DNA of 64,000 nucleotides from an uncultured delta proteobacterium (lineage in GTDB: Bacteria; Myxococcota_A; Polyangia; Fen-1088): positions 768,001-832,000 of the forward strand of contig CAVTRY010000011.1 in the NCBI GenBank assembly GCA_963737265.1. The letters run 5' to 3'. A program made the position numbers and the translations under genes. Below the pieces are notes generated by a model that was given only the letters and a program-made list of their open reading frames with translations, was not told where the DNA came from and ran no database searches. Positions 1 through 11,791 of the stretch are shown piece after piece (the first letter of the stretch is position 1; every line of letters starts with the position of its first letter).

Positions 1-1
1 G

Positions 2-850
2 GCCACCGGCTACGACCTCGTGTGCGTGCACGTGCCCAAGACCATCGACAACGACCTGGCCGGCGGCACCGATCACTGCCCGGGCTTCGGCTCGGCGGCC
101 AAGTTCGTGGGCCAGGCCTTCGCCGGCGCCAACATGGACAACCGCGCCCTGCCCGGCGTGTACATCGCGGTAGTCATGGGACGCCACGCCGGCTTCCTCA
201 CGGCCGCTTCGGCGCTCGGCCGCAAGTTCGACGACGACGGCCCGCACCTCATCTACGTGCCCGAGCGCGTGTTCGACGCCGACAAATTTGTCGCCGACGT
301 ACAGAAGGTCTACGACATGCACGGCCGCTGCATCATTGCCGTCTCCGAAGGCGTCAGCGACAAGTCGGGCGCCCCCATCATCACCTCGCTCAAGGGCTCG
401 GAAAAAGACTCGCACGGCAACGTGCAGCTTTCGGGCACCGGCGCGCTCGGTGACTTGCTCGCCGACCTCATCAAGGCCAAGACCAAGATCAAGCGCGTGC
501 GCGCCGATACCTTGGGCTACTTGCAGCGCTCGTTCCTCGGCTGCATCAGCAAAAGCGACGCCGCAGAAGCGCGCGCGGTCGGCCAACGGGCGGTGCAGTT
601 TGCCGCCATCCACGGCACGGCCGGTTCGGTGGCTATCAAGAGAACGGGCGATTATGCCGTTACCTATGATTTGATCCCGCTCGCAGCCGTAGCTGCCAAG
701 ACCCGCCACATGGACGAAGCCTTCATCAACGCCGAGGGCAACAATGTCACCGAGGCCTTCCTCAAGTACTGCCGCCCGCTCGCGGGCGAAATGCCGACCC
801 AGGACCGCTTCCAGGCCCCGCAGGTCGCGAAGATCCTGAACACGAAGTAA
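2..850 (+). CDS. pfkA: 6-phosphofructokinase (PfkA family), 5'-truncated by the window edge
   Basis: PKTIDND and MGRHAG motifs. The frame is open from position 2 and the gene sits directly upstream of fba. ATP versus PPi specificity cannot be read because the N-terminus is outside the window. Confidence 0.9.
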   Translation, partial: ATGYDLVCVHVPKTIDNDLAGGTDHCPGFGSAAKFVGQAFAGANMDNRALPGVYIAVVMGRHAGFLTAASALGRKFDDDGPHLIYVPERVFDADKFVADVQKVYDMHGRCIIAVSEGVSDKSGAPIITSLKGSEKDSHGNVQLSGTGALGDLLADLIKAKTKIKRVRADTLGYLQRSFLGCISKSDAAEARAVGQRAVQFAAIHGTAGSVAIKRTGDYAVTYDLIPLAAVAAKTRHMDEAFINAEGNNVTEAFLKYCRPLAGEMPTQDRFQAPQVAKILNTK

Positions 851-875
851 CCACTGGACCAAGGAGCGAAACGCT

Positions 876-1892
876 ATGTCAGAGAATGCTCTCTATAAGG
901 AAATCGGGCTCGTCAATACCAAATCCATGTTCAAGGCGGCCATGGCGGGCAAGTTCGCCGTGCCGGCCTACAACTTCAACAACATGGAGCAACTGCAGGC
1001 CATCGTGCTCGGCTGCGTGGCTTCCGACTCGCCGTTTATCCTGCAAGTCAGCTCGGGCGCGCGCAAGTACGCCGACCAGACTCTGCTGCGCTACATGGCC
1101 CAGGGCGCGGTCGAAATGATCAAGGCAGCCAAGAGCCCGCTCAAGTTCTCCCTGCACCTCGACCACGGCGACACCTTCGAGCTGTGCAAGTCGTGCATCG
1201 AGACCGGCTTCTCGTCGGTCATGATCGACGGCTCGCACCACCCGTACGACAAGAACATCGAAGAGACCCGCAAGGTCGTCGAGTACGCCCACAAGTACGA
1301 CGTCACGGTCGAGGGTGAGCTCGGCGTACTGGCCGGCATCGAGGACGACGTGGTGGCCGCGAAGTCGGTCTACACCCACCCCGACCAGGTGGAAGACTTC
1401 GTCAAGAAGACCGGCGTGGATTCGCTTGCCATCTCCATCGGCACCTCGCACGGCGCCTACAAGTTCAAACCCGCGCAGTGCACGCGCAACAAGGAAGGCG
1501 TCCTCGAGCCCCCGCCCCTCCGCTTCGACATTCTCGAAGAGATCGAGAAGCGCATTCCCGGCTTCCCCATCGTGCTCCACGGCGCGTCGTCGGTGGTGCC
1601 CAAGTACGTCGACATGATCAACCAGTTCGGTGGCAAGCTCGACAACGCGGTCGGCATTCCCGAGGCCCAACTGCGCCGCGCCGCCACCTCCGCCGTGTGC
1701 AAGATCAACATCGACTCCGACGGCCGCCTGGCCATGACTGCCGCCATCCGCAAGGCGTTCGCCGAGAACCCGAAAGAGTTCGACCCGCGCAAATACCTCG
1801 GTCCCGCGCGTGACGAGCTCAAGACCCTCATCATCGAGAAGAACAAAAACGTGCTCGGCTCGGCTGGGCACGGCAAAGAGATCTTCGGCTAA
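876..1892 (+). CDS. fba: class II fructose-1,6-bisphosphate aldolase
   Basis: HLDHG, GTSHGAYKF, VLHGASS and KINIDSD motifs; AAGGAG RBS upstream. Confidence 0.96.
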   Translation: MSENALYKEIGLVNTKSMFKAAMAGKFAVPAYNFNNMEQLQAIVLGCVASDSPFILQVSSGARKYADQTLLRYMAQGAVEMIKAAKSPLKFSLHLDHGDTFELCKSCIETGFSSVMIDGSHHPYDKNIEETRKVVEYAHKYDVTVEGELGVLAGIEDDVVAAKSVYTHPDQVEDFVKKTGVDSLAISIGTSHGAYKFKPAQCTRNKEGVLEPPPLRFDILEEIEKRIPGFPIVLHGASSVVPKYVDMINQFGGKLDNAVGIPEAQLRRAATSAVCKINIDSDGRLAMTAAIRKAFAENPKEFDPRKYLGPARDELKTLIIEKNKNVLGSAGHGKEIFG

Positions 1893-1914
1893 TCGAACGA
1901 AGCTGCGGATTCGA

Positions 1915-1952
1915 CAAAGGGCACGGACGGGGCGACCTGACCGTGCCCTTTG
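1915..1952 (+). terminator. hairpin, putative intrinsic terminator after fba
   Basis: Perfect 12-bp inverted repeat CAAAGGGCACGG (1915-1926) / CCGTGCCCTTTG (1941-1952), followed by T-rich repeats. Confidence 0.65.
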
Positions 1953-2013
1953 CGCCCTTTGTGTCCTTTGTGTCCTTTGTGTCCTTTGTGTAGAGGGACT
2001 GTGTAGAGGGACT
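1947..2013. repeat. 9-bp tandem repeat (CCTTTGTGT)n followed by a 13-bp direct repeat
   Basis: About 4-5 units of CCTTTGYGY, then GTGTAGAGGGACT twice (1988-2000 and 2001-2013). Confidence 0.85.
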
Positions 2014-2131
2014 AGACGGATGCATGCAGAAACCCTAGAGTGCTGAGATGGCTTGGCGTGTAGGCGGGTGTGGTTTCCAGAAGAATCTCGGTTATCGGGA
2101 CATTTTGCGGATGCGATCCAGTGGAGGAAAA

Positions 2132-3610
2132 ATGGCGCTCAAAATGACTGGCCACTCTTTGCTAACAATGGCGCTGATCGCTGCGGGGTGTGGAACATCC
2201 GCAGTTCACAGTCCTGATGCCGGAACGCAGGAGTCTGGAGGTCGAGGAGGCGGAGCGGCCGGAGGTGGCGCGGGAGCCGGTGGAGCGAGTGGCCAAGCGG
2301 GGTCGGGCGGAGCCGGCCGGACCGGTGGCGCCGCAGGATCGGGCGGCGTTCTGGCTTCGGGTGGCGCCGCTGGCGCCTCTGGATCGGGCGGCGTTCTAGC
2401 TTCGGGTGGCGCCGCTGGATCGGGCGGCGTTCTAGCTTCAGGTGGCGCCGGTGGCACGTCGGGGTCGGGAGGAGCTGGCCGGACCGGTGGTGCCGCAGGA
2501 GCGGGCGGCGCGCTAGCTTCGGGTGGGACCAGTGGCGGCGCAGGAGCGGGCGGCGTTCTAGCTTCGGGCGGCGCCAGCGGCGCGCCGGGAGCCGGCGGCG
2601 GTGGCGGCGGTACCACGAGCGAGAATCCGCTCAGCTGCGCACCCGGCGGCCCAGGGATGACCAACTGCGGTGCTAGTGGCAAAGGCACGGAAAGCTGCTG
2701 TACGAGCCTGCTTGTCGCAGGGGGCACGTTCTATCGAAGCTTCGACAATGTGACCTACACGGATAAGAGCCATCCGGCGACGGTCAGCGACTTTCGGCTC
2801 AACAAATACGAAATCACCGTTGGACGATTTCGCCAGTTCGTGAGCGCATGGGTCGCAGGGTGGCGGCCTACGGCTGGCTCGGGCAAGCACACCCATCTGA
2901 ACACCAGCAAAGGTTTGAGCACCACGCAGAATGGCTACGAGACTGGGTGGGATCCGAGCTGGAACGGCCTTTTTCCGAAGTCAGTTGCTGAATGGAACAG
3001 CGATCTGGTGCAATGGGGAGGCACATGGACGCCATCGCCGGGTGCGAACGAGAACCAGCCCGTGGGCAACCAGTCCTGGTATGACGCCTATGCGTTTTGC
3101 ATATGGGACGGCGGCTTCCTGCCGAGCGAGGCCGAGTGGAACTATGCTGCCGCGGGAGGCGGCGGCCCCACCGGCCAGCGGGTGTTCCCCTGGTCGACCC
3201 CACCGACGAGCACCACGGACGACTGCGCGCATGCGAACTATGCGCACTATCTGGCGGGAACGTCAACACCCCCGGGATCGCAAGTGTGCGCTTCGGCGGA
3301 CTGCAATGGCGGGTGCCTCACGGAGCTTCCGAACAATGTTGGATCGGAGTCTCCCCTGGGGGACGGAGCCTATGGTCAAACAGATCTCGCCGGCAACATG
3401 GAGGAGTGGGTGCTCGATGTCTCCGCCTCGTACGTCACACCATGCGTCGATTGCGTCAATCTAGCCACGGGTTCCGGGCGAGCGTGTCGCGGCGGCGGCT
3501 GGAGCGCGGACGCGACTCGGAATGGCAACTTGCGTATCTCCTCTCGTTGGAACTTCGGGCCGGAGAGCCGCTACAACGACATGGGGTCCCGCTGCGCAAG
3601 GACGCCGTGA
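2132..3610 (+). CDS. lipoprotein with Gly-rich linker and SUMF1/FGE-sulfatase (EgtB/PvdO-like) domain
   Basis: GGAGG RBS before ATG 2132; lipobox IAAGC; LPSEAEWNYAA, DLAGNMEEWV, RGGGW and GSRCAR motifs. Confidence 0.85.
   Translation: MALKMTGHSLLTMALIAAGCGTSAVHSPDAGTQESGGRGGGAAGGGAGAGGASGQAGSGGAGRTGGAAGSGGVLASGGAAGASGSGGVLASGGAAGSGGVLASGGAGGTSGSGGAGRTGGAAGAGGALASGGTSGGAGAGGVLASGGASGAPGAGGGGGGTTSENPLSCAPGGPGMTNCGASGKGTESCCTSLLVAGGTFYRSFDNVTYTDKSHPATVSDFRLNKYEITVGRFRQFVSAWVAGWRPTAGSGKHTHLNTSKGLSTTQNGYETGWDPSWNGLFPKSVAEWNSDLVQWGGTWTPSPGANENQPVGNQSWYDAYAFCIWDGGFLPSEAEWNYAAAGGGGPTGQRVFPWSTPPTSTTDDCAHANYAHYLAGTSTPPGSQVCASADCNGGCLTELPNNVGSESPLGDGAYGQTDLAGNMEEWVLDVSASYVTPCVDCVNLATGSGRACRGGGWSADATRNGNLRISSRWNFGPESRYNDMGSRCARTP
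2240..2610 (+). repeat. intragenic Gly-rich repeats (GSGGVLASGGAAG-like)
   Basis: Near-identical GGCGGCGTTCTAGCTTCGGGTGGCGCC units repeated about 5 times in the linker. Confidence 0.8.
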
Positions 3611-3741
3611 CGACGTCGCCGTTCAGGGCGAACAGGACCTGCCCCACAGTCTGACTCGTCTTCGACCGTTTCCACATCGAGCACCGCCTCGCCGATGCAG
3701 TCGACCAGGTCCGCAAGGCCAATCGCATCCTCCTTGTGTCG

Positions 3742-4089
3742 CTACCCCTTCGGCCGCGCCTCAGGATGCTCGTCCAGAAATGCTTGACGGCTCTCGCGCG
3801 AAATCTCGACTACGTACGAACGATCTTTCAGCAATTGCGATTGGCAGCCCAGGCGAGAATTAGCGCGCACGTCGAAGGCTTTGTCGAGGATATCCCCCTC
3901 GCCGTCTTCCATGGCGGAGACGTCGTCGCCACCCTGTTTAATGTAGACGTGGCAAGTGGAGCAAGCACACACGCCGCCGCAGGCGGAGCCGAGTTGCGCC
4001 CCGGCTCGCTCGGCGGCATCGCGAATGGTCGTGCCCACTGGCACCTCGGCCTCGATGCCGTCGGGCTCGAAGCGGATTCGTGCCGTCAT
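3742..4089 (-). CDS. fdx: ISC-type 2Fe-2S ferredoxin
   Basis: CGGVCACSTCH and SRLGCQ motifs; last gene of the isc operon. Confidence 0.93.
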   Translation of the reverse strand: MTARIRFEPDGIEAEVPVGTTIRDAAERAGAQLGSACGGVCACSTCHVYIKQGGDDVSAMEDGEGDILDKAFDVRANSRLGCQSQLLKDRSYVVEISRESRQAFLDEHPEARPKG

Positions 4090-4099
4090 TTCTTGCCAG

Positions 4100-6014
4100 T
4101 CATTTCTTGCCGATTCTTCGCTCGACCGAGTCCACAGCCAGGCCGCGCACGTTTTGCTCAAGCGCGGAGTTCATCCGCCGCCGCGCGAATTCCTTGCAGG
4201 TTTCGTCGAGCGCCTGGATGGCGGCGCGAATCGCCAGATGGTTGGTCGCGGACTTGGCCGACTCCAAGGCCGTCATCGCGGCTTCGATGGCTTCGCGTTC
4301 GCCCTCCACCAGCAAATCGGCAGAGGTAGCCAGCGCGACCTGTGTCGCGTTCAGGATGCGATCGGCCTCCACACGCTCCACCGTAAGCAGACGCGCACCC
4401 ATGTCCTCGTCCGCGTGATCGAAGGAATCGCGAATCATGCGCTCGACCTCGTCGTCGGTCAGGCCGTAGCTCGGCTTGACCCGAATCTCGGTCTGCTTGC
4501 CGGTGCGCTCTTCCTGCGCGGAAACGCTCAGGATGCCGTCGGCGTCCACAGTGAAGGTGACTGTCAGTTGCGCCAGGCCGGCGGTCATGGGGGGGATTCC
4601 GCCCAACTTGAAGCGCGCCAGCGAGCGACAATCGGCGACCAATTCGCGTTCGCCCTGCACGACGTGCAGATCGAAAGCAGTCTGGTTGTCGGCGTAGGTC
4701 GTGAAGGTCTGAACCGCGCCGCAGGGAATGGTGGTATTGCGGTGGACAAGCTTCTCGGTCACGCCGCCCATCATTTCCAAGCCCAGCGACAACGGAACTA
4801 CGTCCATTAGCACGACGTCCTGGCGGCCGCCGCTGGCCAGCAGATCCGCCTGCACCGCCGCGCCGAGCGCCACGACCTCGTCGGGATCGATGTCGGCCAG
4901 CGGCTGCTTGCCGAAAAGCTCGGCGACGAATCGACGAACGATCGGCATGCGCGTGGCGCCGCCGACCAGAATCACGCCGGACAATTTCGCTACGGCGAGG
5001 CCGGCATCACGAATCGCGCGACCGACCGGTGGACCGCAGCGGTTCGAGCACCGGGCGCACCAGTTCGTCGAGGTCGGTGCGGGTCAGGCGCCCTTCGCAA
5101 GTCCCGCCGCCGGGGAGCTCGATAGCGACTGTGGTTTCGTTTGCCGTGGTGAGCGCTTCCTTGGCGGCGCGCGCGGCATCGAGCAGCGCCCGCACCAGCG
5201 CGGGATCGCCGCCGGCATCGGCGGGCAAGCCCATCGCGCGCAAAAGGTGCTCCGCCACGGCTCGATCGAAATCATCGCCCCCCAGGGCGGAATCGCCGCC
5301 GGTCGACTTCACCTCGAAAACGCCACCGGCTAGCTTCAGGACGGAAATATCGAATGTGCCGCCGCCCAGGTCGAACACCGCGAAGGTCCCCTCGGCCTGC
5401 TTGTCGAGGCCGTAAGCAAGCGCGGCCGCGGTCGGTTCGTTGAGCAGGCGCATGACTTCGAGGCCCGCCAGTCGCCCCGCATCGCGCGTGGCTTGGCGCT
5501 GGCCATCGTCGAAATACGCCGGCACGGTGATGACCACGCCGTCGAGCTCACCGCCCAACGCCGCCTCGGCGCGCGCCTTGAGAACGCGCAGGATCTCCGC
5601 CGAGACTTCCACCGGCGTCACGCTTCGCATGCCACCCGACACGGCAAAGCGAACCACGGAATCGCCCGCGTTGCCGGGCACGAAACGGTATGGAGTCAGT
5701 TGGCGCGTGGCCTCGGCGTCGTCGGGGCCGCGGCCCATGAACCGCTTGACCGATGCGATGGTGTCGTGGGGCGCGCCGGCAGCCAGCGCGCGCGCCGTCT
5801 GGCCCACCACGACAGCACCGTCGGCGCCATAGTGGACCACCGAAGGCAGCAACGCACCGTCGTCATCGCGCAAACACACAGGCTGCCCCGCCTGAACCAC
5901 CGCGACCAGCGAATTGGTCGTTCCGAGATCGATGCCAACCGCCCTCCCCTTGCAGACCGTCTTGCTGTGCGCTTCGCCGGGTTCGGAAATACTGAACAGC
6001 GCCTCAACCGGCAT
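4100..6014 (-). pseudogene. hscA: Fe-S assembly chaperone HscA (Hsp70), split by a +1 frameshift near 5041
   Basis: [17 protein letters not shown] and VGGATRMP motifs lie in two ORFs (5007-6014 and 4100-4984). Removing one base at about 5041 restores [18 protein letters not shown]. May be a sequencing error. Confidence 0.88.
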
Positions 6015-6672
6015 GGCCGCCCGTTTCTTTCCCCCGCGCTATTCCATCTTCGACAACGACGCGAGCTTCGTCGAGAAAGCGCCGGTAGTAGCGGACAGTC
6101 ACCAGGCGTGCCGAGATCGTTGCCAGATCGGTAGGCGTGGCGGCGAATGCCTTTGCCACATCCGCCATCACGGTGTCCAAGCGGTCGCGGACCTTGACAG
6201 CCAGCGCTTCGGCCTCACCGAAATCTCGGGCCGCGTGCGCCTCGGCGAGCGCTTCGCGCAATTCGAGCGCTTCCATGAGCAGAACCTGCGGCACCGGCAG
6301 CGTGGCGGGCTCGCCGGACTGAGCCGGTCTGCCGGTCGTCACGATTTCGCCCATAGCAATGCCGTGGAGCGATAGCAAATACTCTGCGCGCCGGACTGGG
6401 TCGACCAAGGTCCGCCAAGCTTCGTTGAGTTGCACCGACCGCTCCAGCGACGCGCGACGGGCCTGACCATCGGCGCGCGCAAAGCGATCCGGATGCAGCA
6501 CCTTGGTCGCTTCCTTGTAGCGCTTCTCCAGATCTTCGACGTCGAGGGAAAACATGCGCGGAATGCCGAGGACGCGAAAGTAGTCCGCCTTGGCATCCGG
6601 AGGCTGCACGGCGTTGCAGTGCGCGCATAGCATTCCATCGCCGGCGGCCTTCTGGCAGGACCAGCAGATCAT
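6004..6672 (-). CDS. hscB: Fe-S co-chaperone HscB with N-terminal CxxC..CxxC
   Basis: J-domain HPD motif, CWSC...CAHC, and operon position. Confidence 0.92.
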   Translation of the reverse strand: MICWSCQKAAGDGMLCAHCNAVQPPDAKADYFRVLGIPRMFSLDVEDLEKRYKEATKVLHPDRFARADGQARRASLERSVQLNEAWRTLVDPVRRAEYLLSLHGIAMGEIVTTGRPAQSGEPATLPVPQVLLMEALELREALAEAHAARDFGEAEALAVKVRDRLDTVMADVAKAFAATPTDLATISARLVTVRYYRRFLDEARVVVEDGIARGKETGGHAG

Positions 6673-6685
6673 CGCGTCACCATCG

Positions 6686-7021
6686 CTAGAACTGAACGCT
6701 CTCGCCGCAGCTGCAGGTCGACTTCACGTTGGGGTTCACCCACTTGAATCCGCTGGCCATCAACGTGCTGGCGAAATCCAGCGTCGATCCGTCGAGAAAA
6801 GCGAAGCTCTTGGGATCGACGAACACCTTTACCTGGTCGTTTTCAAAGGAAAGCACGCGGTCCTCAGGACGCGAATCCAGGTCCGACCATTCGAAGAGAT
6901 AGGAAAACCCGGTGCAGCCGCCGCCGCGAATACCCACACGCAGGCCCTTGGCTGGCGTGGCGCGCTTGGCCGCCGCGCCCCTGATGGCCTGGATTGCTTT
7001 CTCGGTCACTTGAATCGCCAT
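6686..7021 (-). CDS. iscA: A-type Fe-S carrier (IscA/HesB)
   Basis: GGGCTGFSY and CSCGES motifs; true start MAIQVT at 7021. Confidence 0.92.
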   Translation of the reverse strand: MAIQVTEKAIQAIRGAAAKRATPAKGLRVGIRGGGCTGFSYLFEWSDLDSRPEDRVLSFENDQVKVFVDPKSFAFLDGSTLDFASTLMASGFKWVNPNVKSTCSCGESVQF

Positions 7022-7065
7022 GTGATTTCCTCCTGTCGCCTTAGCTTCTCGTCCTGGCTTCGGCC

Positions 7066-7467
7066 TCACGCCGCGCTCTGGGATTTCTCTTCTTGCTTCC
7101 TGCGATAGTCGGCGATGGCGCCTTTGATGGCGTCTTCGGCCAGCACGGAACAGTGGATCTTCACTGGCGGTAGACTCAGTTCTTGCACAATCTGCGTGTT
7201 CTTCACCGCCATGGCCTGATCGATGGTCATGCCCTTGATCCACTCGGTTGCCAGCGATGACGATGCGATGGCCGAACCGCAACCGAAGGTCTTGAACTTG
7301 GCGTCCTCGATGACGCCCTCGCCGCTGACCTTGATTTGCAGCTTCATCACGTCGCCACACGCCGGTGCCCCCACCAGCGCCGTGCCCACGTTGGGCTCGG
7401 CGGGATCGAGGCTGCCGACGTTGCGGGGATTTTCATAGTGCTCGATGACTTTGTCGCTGTATGCCAT
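7066..7467 (-). CDS. iscU: Fe-S scaffold IscU
   Basis: MAYSDKVIEHYENPRNVG, APACGD, FGCGSA and LPPVKIHC motifs. Confidence 0.97.
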   Translation of the reverse strand: MAYSDKVIEHYENPRNVGSLDPAEPNVGTALVGAPACGDVMKLQIKVSGEGVIEDAKFKTFGCGSAIASSSLATEWIKGMTIDQAMAVKNTQIVQELSLPPVKIHCSVLAEDAIKGAIADYRRKQEEKSQSAA

Positions 7468-7497
7468 GACGTACTTCCTCTGTTCACAATCGAAAAA

Positions 7498-8715
7498 CTA
7501 GTGGCTCCCCCATTGGATGCCCTTGATGTCCACCCCGGACTGCGCCAGCTCCCACAGGGGCGACATGTCACGCAATTTCTTTACTTTCGCGGTGACCAAG
7601 TCGATGACGTAGTCGACTTCTTCCTGGGTGGTGAAGCGGCCGAGGCCGAAGCGAATCGACGTGTGCGCCATTTCCTCGGGCACGCCAATCGCGCGCAACA
7701 CATAGGACGGTTCGAGCGAGGCCGACGTGCATGCCGAACCCGACGACACCGCCACTTCCTTGAGCGCCATCATCATGGCCTCGCCCTCGACGAAGGCGAA
7801 GCTGAGGTTGAGATTGCCAGGCAGCCGGTGTTCGAGCGAGCCGTTGAGAACTGTGTTCGGAACGCCGCGCCTCGATACCCTTGCGCAGGCGTTCGCGCAG
7901 CGCGAGCACGCGCGCGCTTTCCTCGACCATTTCCAGCCGGCACAGCTCCGCGGCTTTGCCAAAGCCAACGATGCCAGGCACGTTGAGCGTGCCCGAGCGC
8001 ATGCCGCGTTCGTGCCCGCCGCCATCAATGATGGGGGTCACGCGCACGCGCGGCTTGCGGCGCACGTAGAGCGCGCCGATGCCCTTGGGGCCGTACATCT
8101 TGTGCGCCGACAGCGACACGAGATCCGCGTTGCTGCGATTCACGTCGAAAGGAATCTTGCCGACGCCCTGAACCGCGTCAATGTGGAAGAACGAGCCTTG
8201 CGCCTTTGACCAGGGCGCCGATCTCCTCCACCGGATTGATGGTGCCGATCTCGTTGTTGGCCAGCATGATCGATACCAGCATGGTCTTGTCGGTCAGTGC
8301 CGCCGCCACGGCCTCGGGATTCACCCGGCCATCGCGGTCGACGGGTAGATAGGTGACGACCTAGCCTTGCTTCTCCAGGCGCTTGCAGGTGTCGAGCACC
8401 GCCTTGTGTTCGGTCATCGCGGTGATGATGTGGCTGCCGCGATCCTTGTAGAACTCGGCCACGCCCTTGATGGCCAAATTGTCCGATTCGGTCGCGCCGG
8501 ATGTCCAGACAATCTCCTTGCCCACGGCGCCGATGAGCTTCGCGACTTCCTCGCGCGCCCGTTCTCACCGCTTCTTCGGCGTGCCAGCCAAATGAATGCG
8601 ACCGGCTGGCGGCATTGCCGAAATCCTCGCGAAAGTATGGCAGCATGGCATCTAGCACCCGAGGATCGACGGGCGTGGTCGCGTGGTAATCCATGTAAAT
8701 GGGCAGCTTTGGCAT
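7498..8715 (-). pseudogene. iscS: cysteine desulfurase IscS, disrupted by three +1 frameshifts and one in-frame TAG
   Basis: [30 protein letters not shown] and [17 protein letters not shown] lie in different frames. Extra bases at about 8565, 8206 and 7868; TAG at 8361-8363. Confidence 0.88.
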
Positions 8716-9218
8716 CAGGGACTCGTGGTTTTGGAGATTCCGTCCACTAACAGGGGCACCTCGCGATCCGGCCCTTGATTCTTGCAAGAGCAGCACTCGT
8801 TCTGGCCCTGGTCGGGACTGCAGGAGCGACATCGTTCGAGATAAGCCAGGCTGTCGGCCAACTCGTCGGCCAGGCGCGAAAGGCGCTCGATCGTTTCGCG
8901 CGTTTCGTGCAACTTGTCGGAAAAAATCTCGCGCACCGTCGCCATGGCCTCGGGAGCGGTGGCGCTGTCTTCCCAGACTCGCAGGAAGGCTTTGATTTCA
9001 GTCAGCGAGAAGCCCATATACTGGAGCTTCTGAATCCACTCGATCCGCTTCACGCCGTCGCCCGAATACATGCGAAAGCCGCCCTTCGAGCGCAGCGGGT
9101 GTGAAAGGAGGCCCAGCTCCTCGTAAAGATGAATGGCGCGGACGGTCTTGCCGGTTTGGCGCGCAAGGTCGCCAACCTTCAGAAGCGTTTTCCTGCCTAT
9201 TTCTCGTTCGATCGCCAT
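8715..9218 (-). CDS. MerR-family transcriptional regulator with Cys-rich C-terminus
   Basis: MerR HTH ([33 protein letters not shown]); tail CRSC..CCSC; stop overlaps the iscS start (TGATG). Confidence 0.9.
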   Translation of the reverse strand: MAIEREIGRKTLLKVGDLARQTGKTVRAIHLYEELGLLSHPLRSKGGFRMYSGDGVKRIEWIQKLQYMGFSLTEIKAFLRVWEDSATAPEAMATVREIFSDKLHETRETIERLSRLADELADSLAYLERCRSCSPDQGQNECCSCKNQGPDREVPLLVDGISKTTSP

Positions 9219-9227
9219 ACTCGAATT

Positions 9228-9273
9228 CTTACGTATAGGTACGAGTTATGAGACAGGCCAGCGTAACTGTCAA
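9228..9273 (-). promoter_or_regulatory. putative sigma70 promoter and MerR-type operator for the merR-isc operon
   Basis: Minus-strand TTGACA (9268-9273) with a weak -10 (CATAAC) 17 bp away; imperfect palindrome CTTACGT-AT-AGGTACG at 9228-9243. Confidence 0.45.
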
Positions 9274-9313
9274 GGCGAATTCGATCGCAGGCGCGGCGCA
9301 GAGCGAGACTGTC

Positions 9314-11074
<1,761 letters not shown>

Positions 11075-11245
11075 TCCCGACCTACAACGGCAGATCCCCG
11101 ACCCGGCTTGATGGTCGCGCTCTCGGCCGTCCGGTGAATCCGCGTTCGTCGGAGATCCGACACCGCTTTCCGTGCACGAACGGCAAATGTCGGCGCACGC
11201 CTGAAGTTTCCCGATCCCCCTGCCGATGGACGAAATGAGGGGGAA

Positions 11246-11791
11246 ATGACCTACCAAATGAGAGATGTCCGATTGTTCGAGTCGTTTTCCGATCCGGATC
11301 GCGCCGACCTCGTTCAGTTCATGCACGAGAGACACTACGCGGTCGGGGAAGTCGTGTGTACGCGCGGCGAGCCAGGTCACACGATGATGGTGATCGTCGA
11401 GGGGTCGCTGTCGGTGGTGGTACCGGGCAAGGATAACCAGCCGAGCGAAATCGCCCGCCTCGCTCAGGGCGCCGTTTTGGGCGAGATGTTTTGCATCGAC
11501 CCGGCGCCGCGCCCGGTGACCGTGATGGCGAACGAGCCGGCCACGGTTCTGGAGCTAGGCCGCGACGATCTCACCAAGATGCGCCAGGATGCTCCGCGCG
11601 CGGCTGCCGCGCTCATTGGCGCTGTCTTCCGCGAAGTCCTGCGCCGCATGCGACGGGTGGATGACCGTGTCGAGCGCGAGCAGTTTGCCGAGGACACGCG
11701 CGATTTAAACCCGGGCTCGATTCGCGCCAAGGGCTCAATCGTGCCAGGACCGTGGGAGGCGTGCTTCGCGCGCTTGCGGGGTTCGGCTTGA
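11246..11791 (+). CDS. cyclic nucleotide-binding domain protein
   Basis: [24 protein letters not shown] cNMP fold; GAGGGG RBS. Confidence 0.85.
   Translation: MTYQMRDVRLFESFSDPDRADLVQFMHERHYAVGEVVCTRGEPGHTMMVIVEGSLSVVVPGKDNQPSEIARLAQGAVLGEMFCIDPAPRPVTVMANEPATVLELGRDDLTKMRQDAPRAAAALIGAVFREVLRRMRRVDDRVEREQFAEDTRDLNPGSIRAKGSIVPGPWEACFARLRGSA

Noticed and set aside
879-1871. Long antisense ORFs (for example 879-1871, 13050-14453, 14087-15703, 37699-39444, 57571-58794, 59959-61278)
   Set aside because: They are shadows of real genes, caused by high GC3; no recognisable motifs.
1947-2013. Possible CRISPR array
   Set aside because: The units are 9-13 bp, tandem, and have no spacers; no cas genes are present. 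The same applies to 57930-58000.
3456-3741. Possible iscX after fdx (strong AAGGAGG downstream of fdx on the minus strand)
   Set aside because: No frame resembles IscX, and the ORF overlaps the convergent FGE gene. At most a gene remnant.
7860-8570. Programmed frameshifting or stop readthrough in iscS
   Set aside because: There are four independent lesions with no slippery sites or recoding signals; error or decay is simpler.
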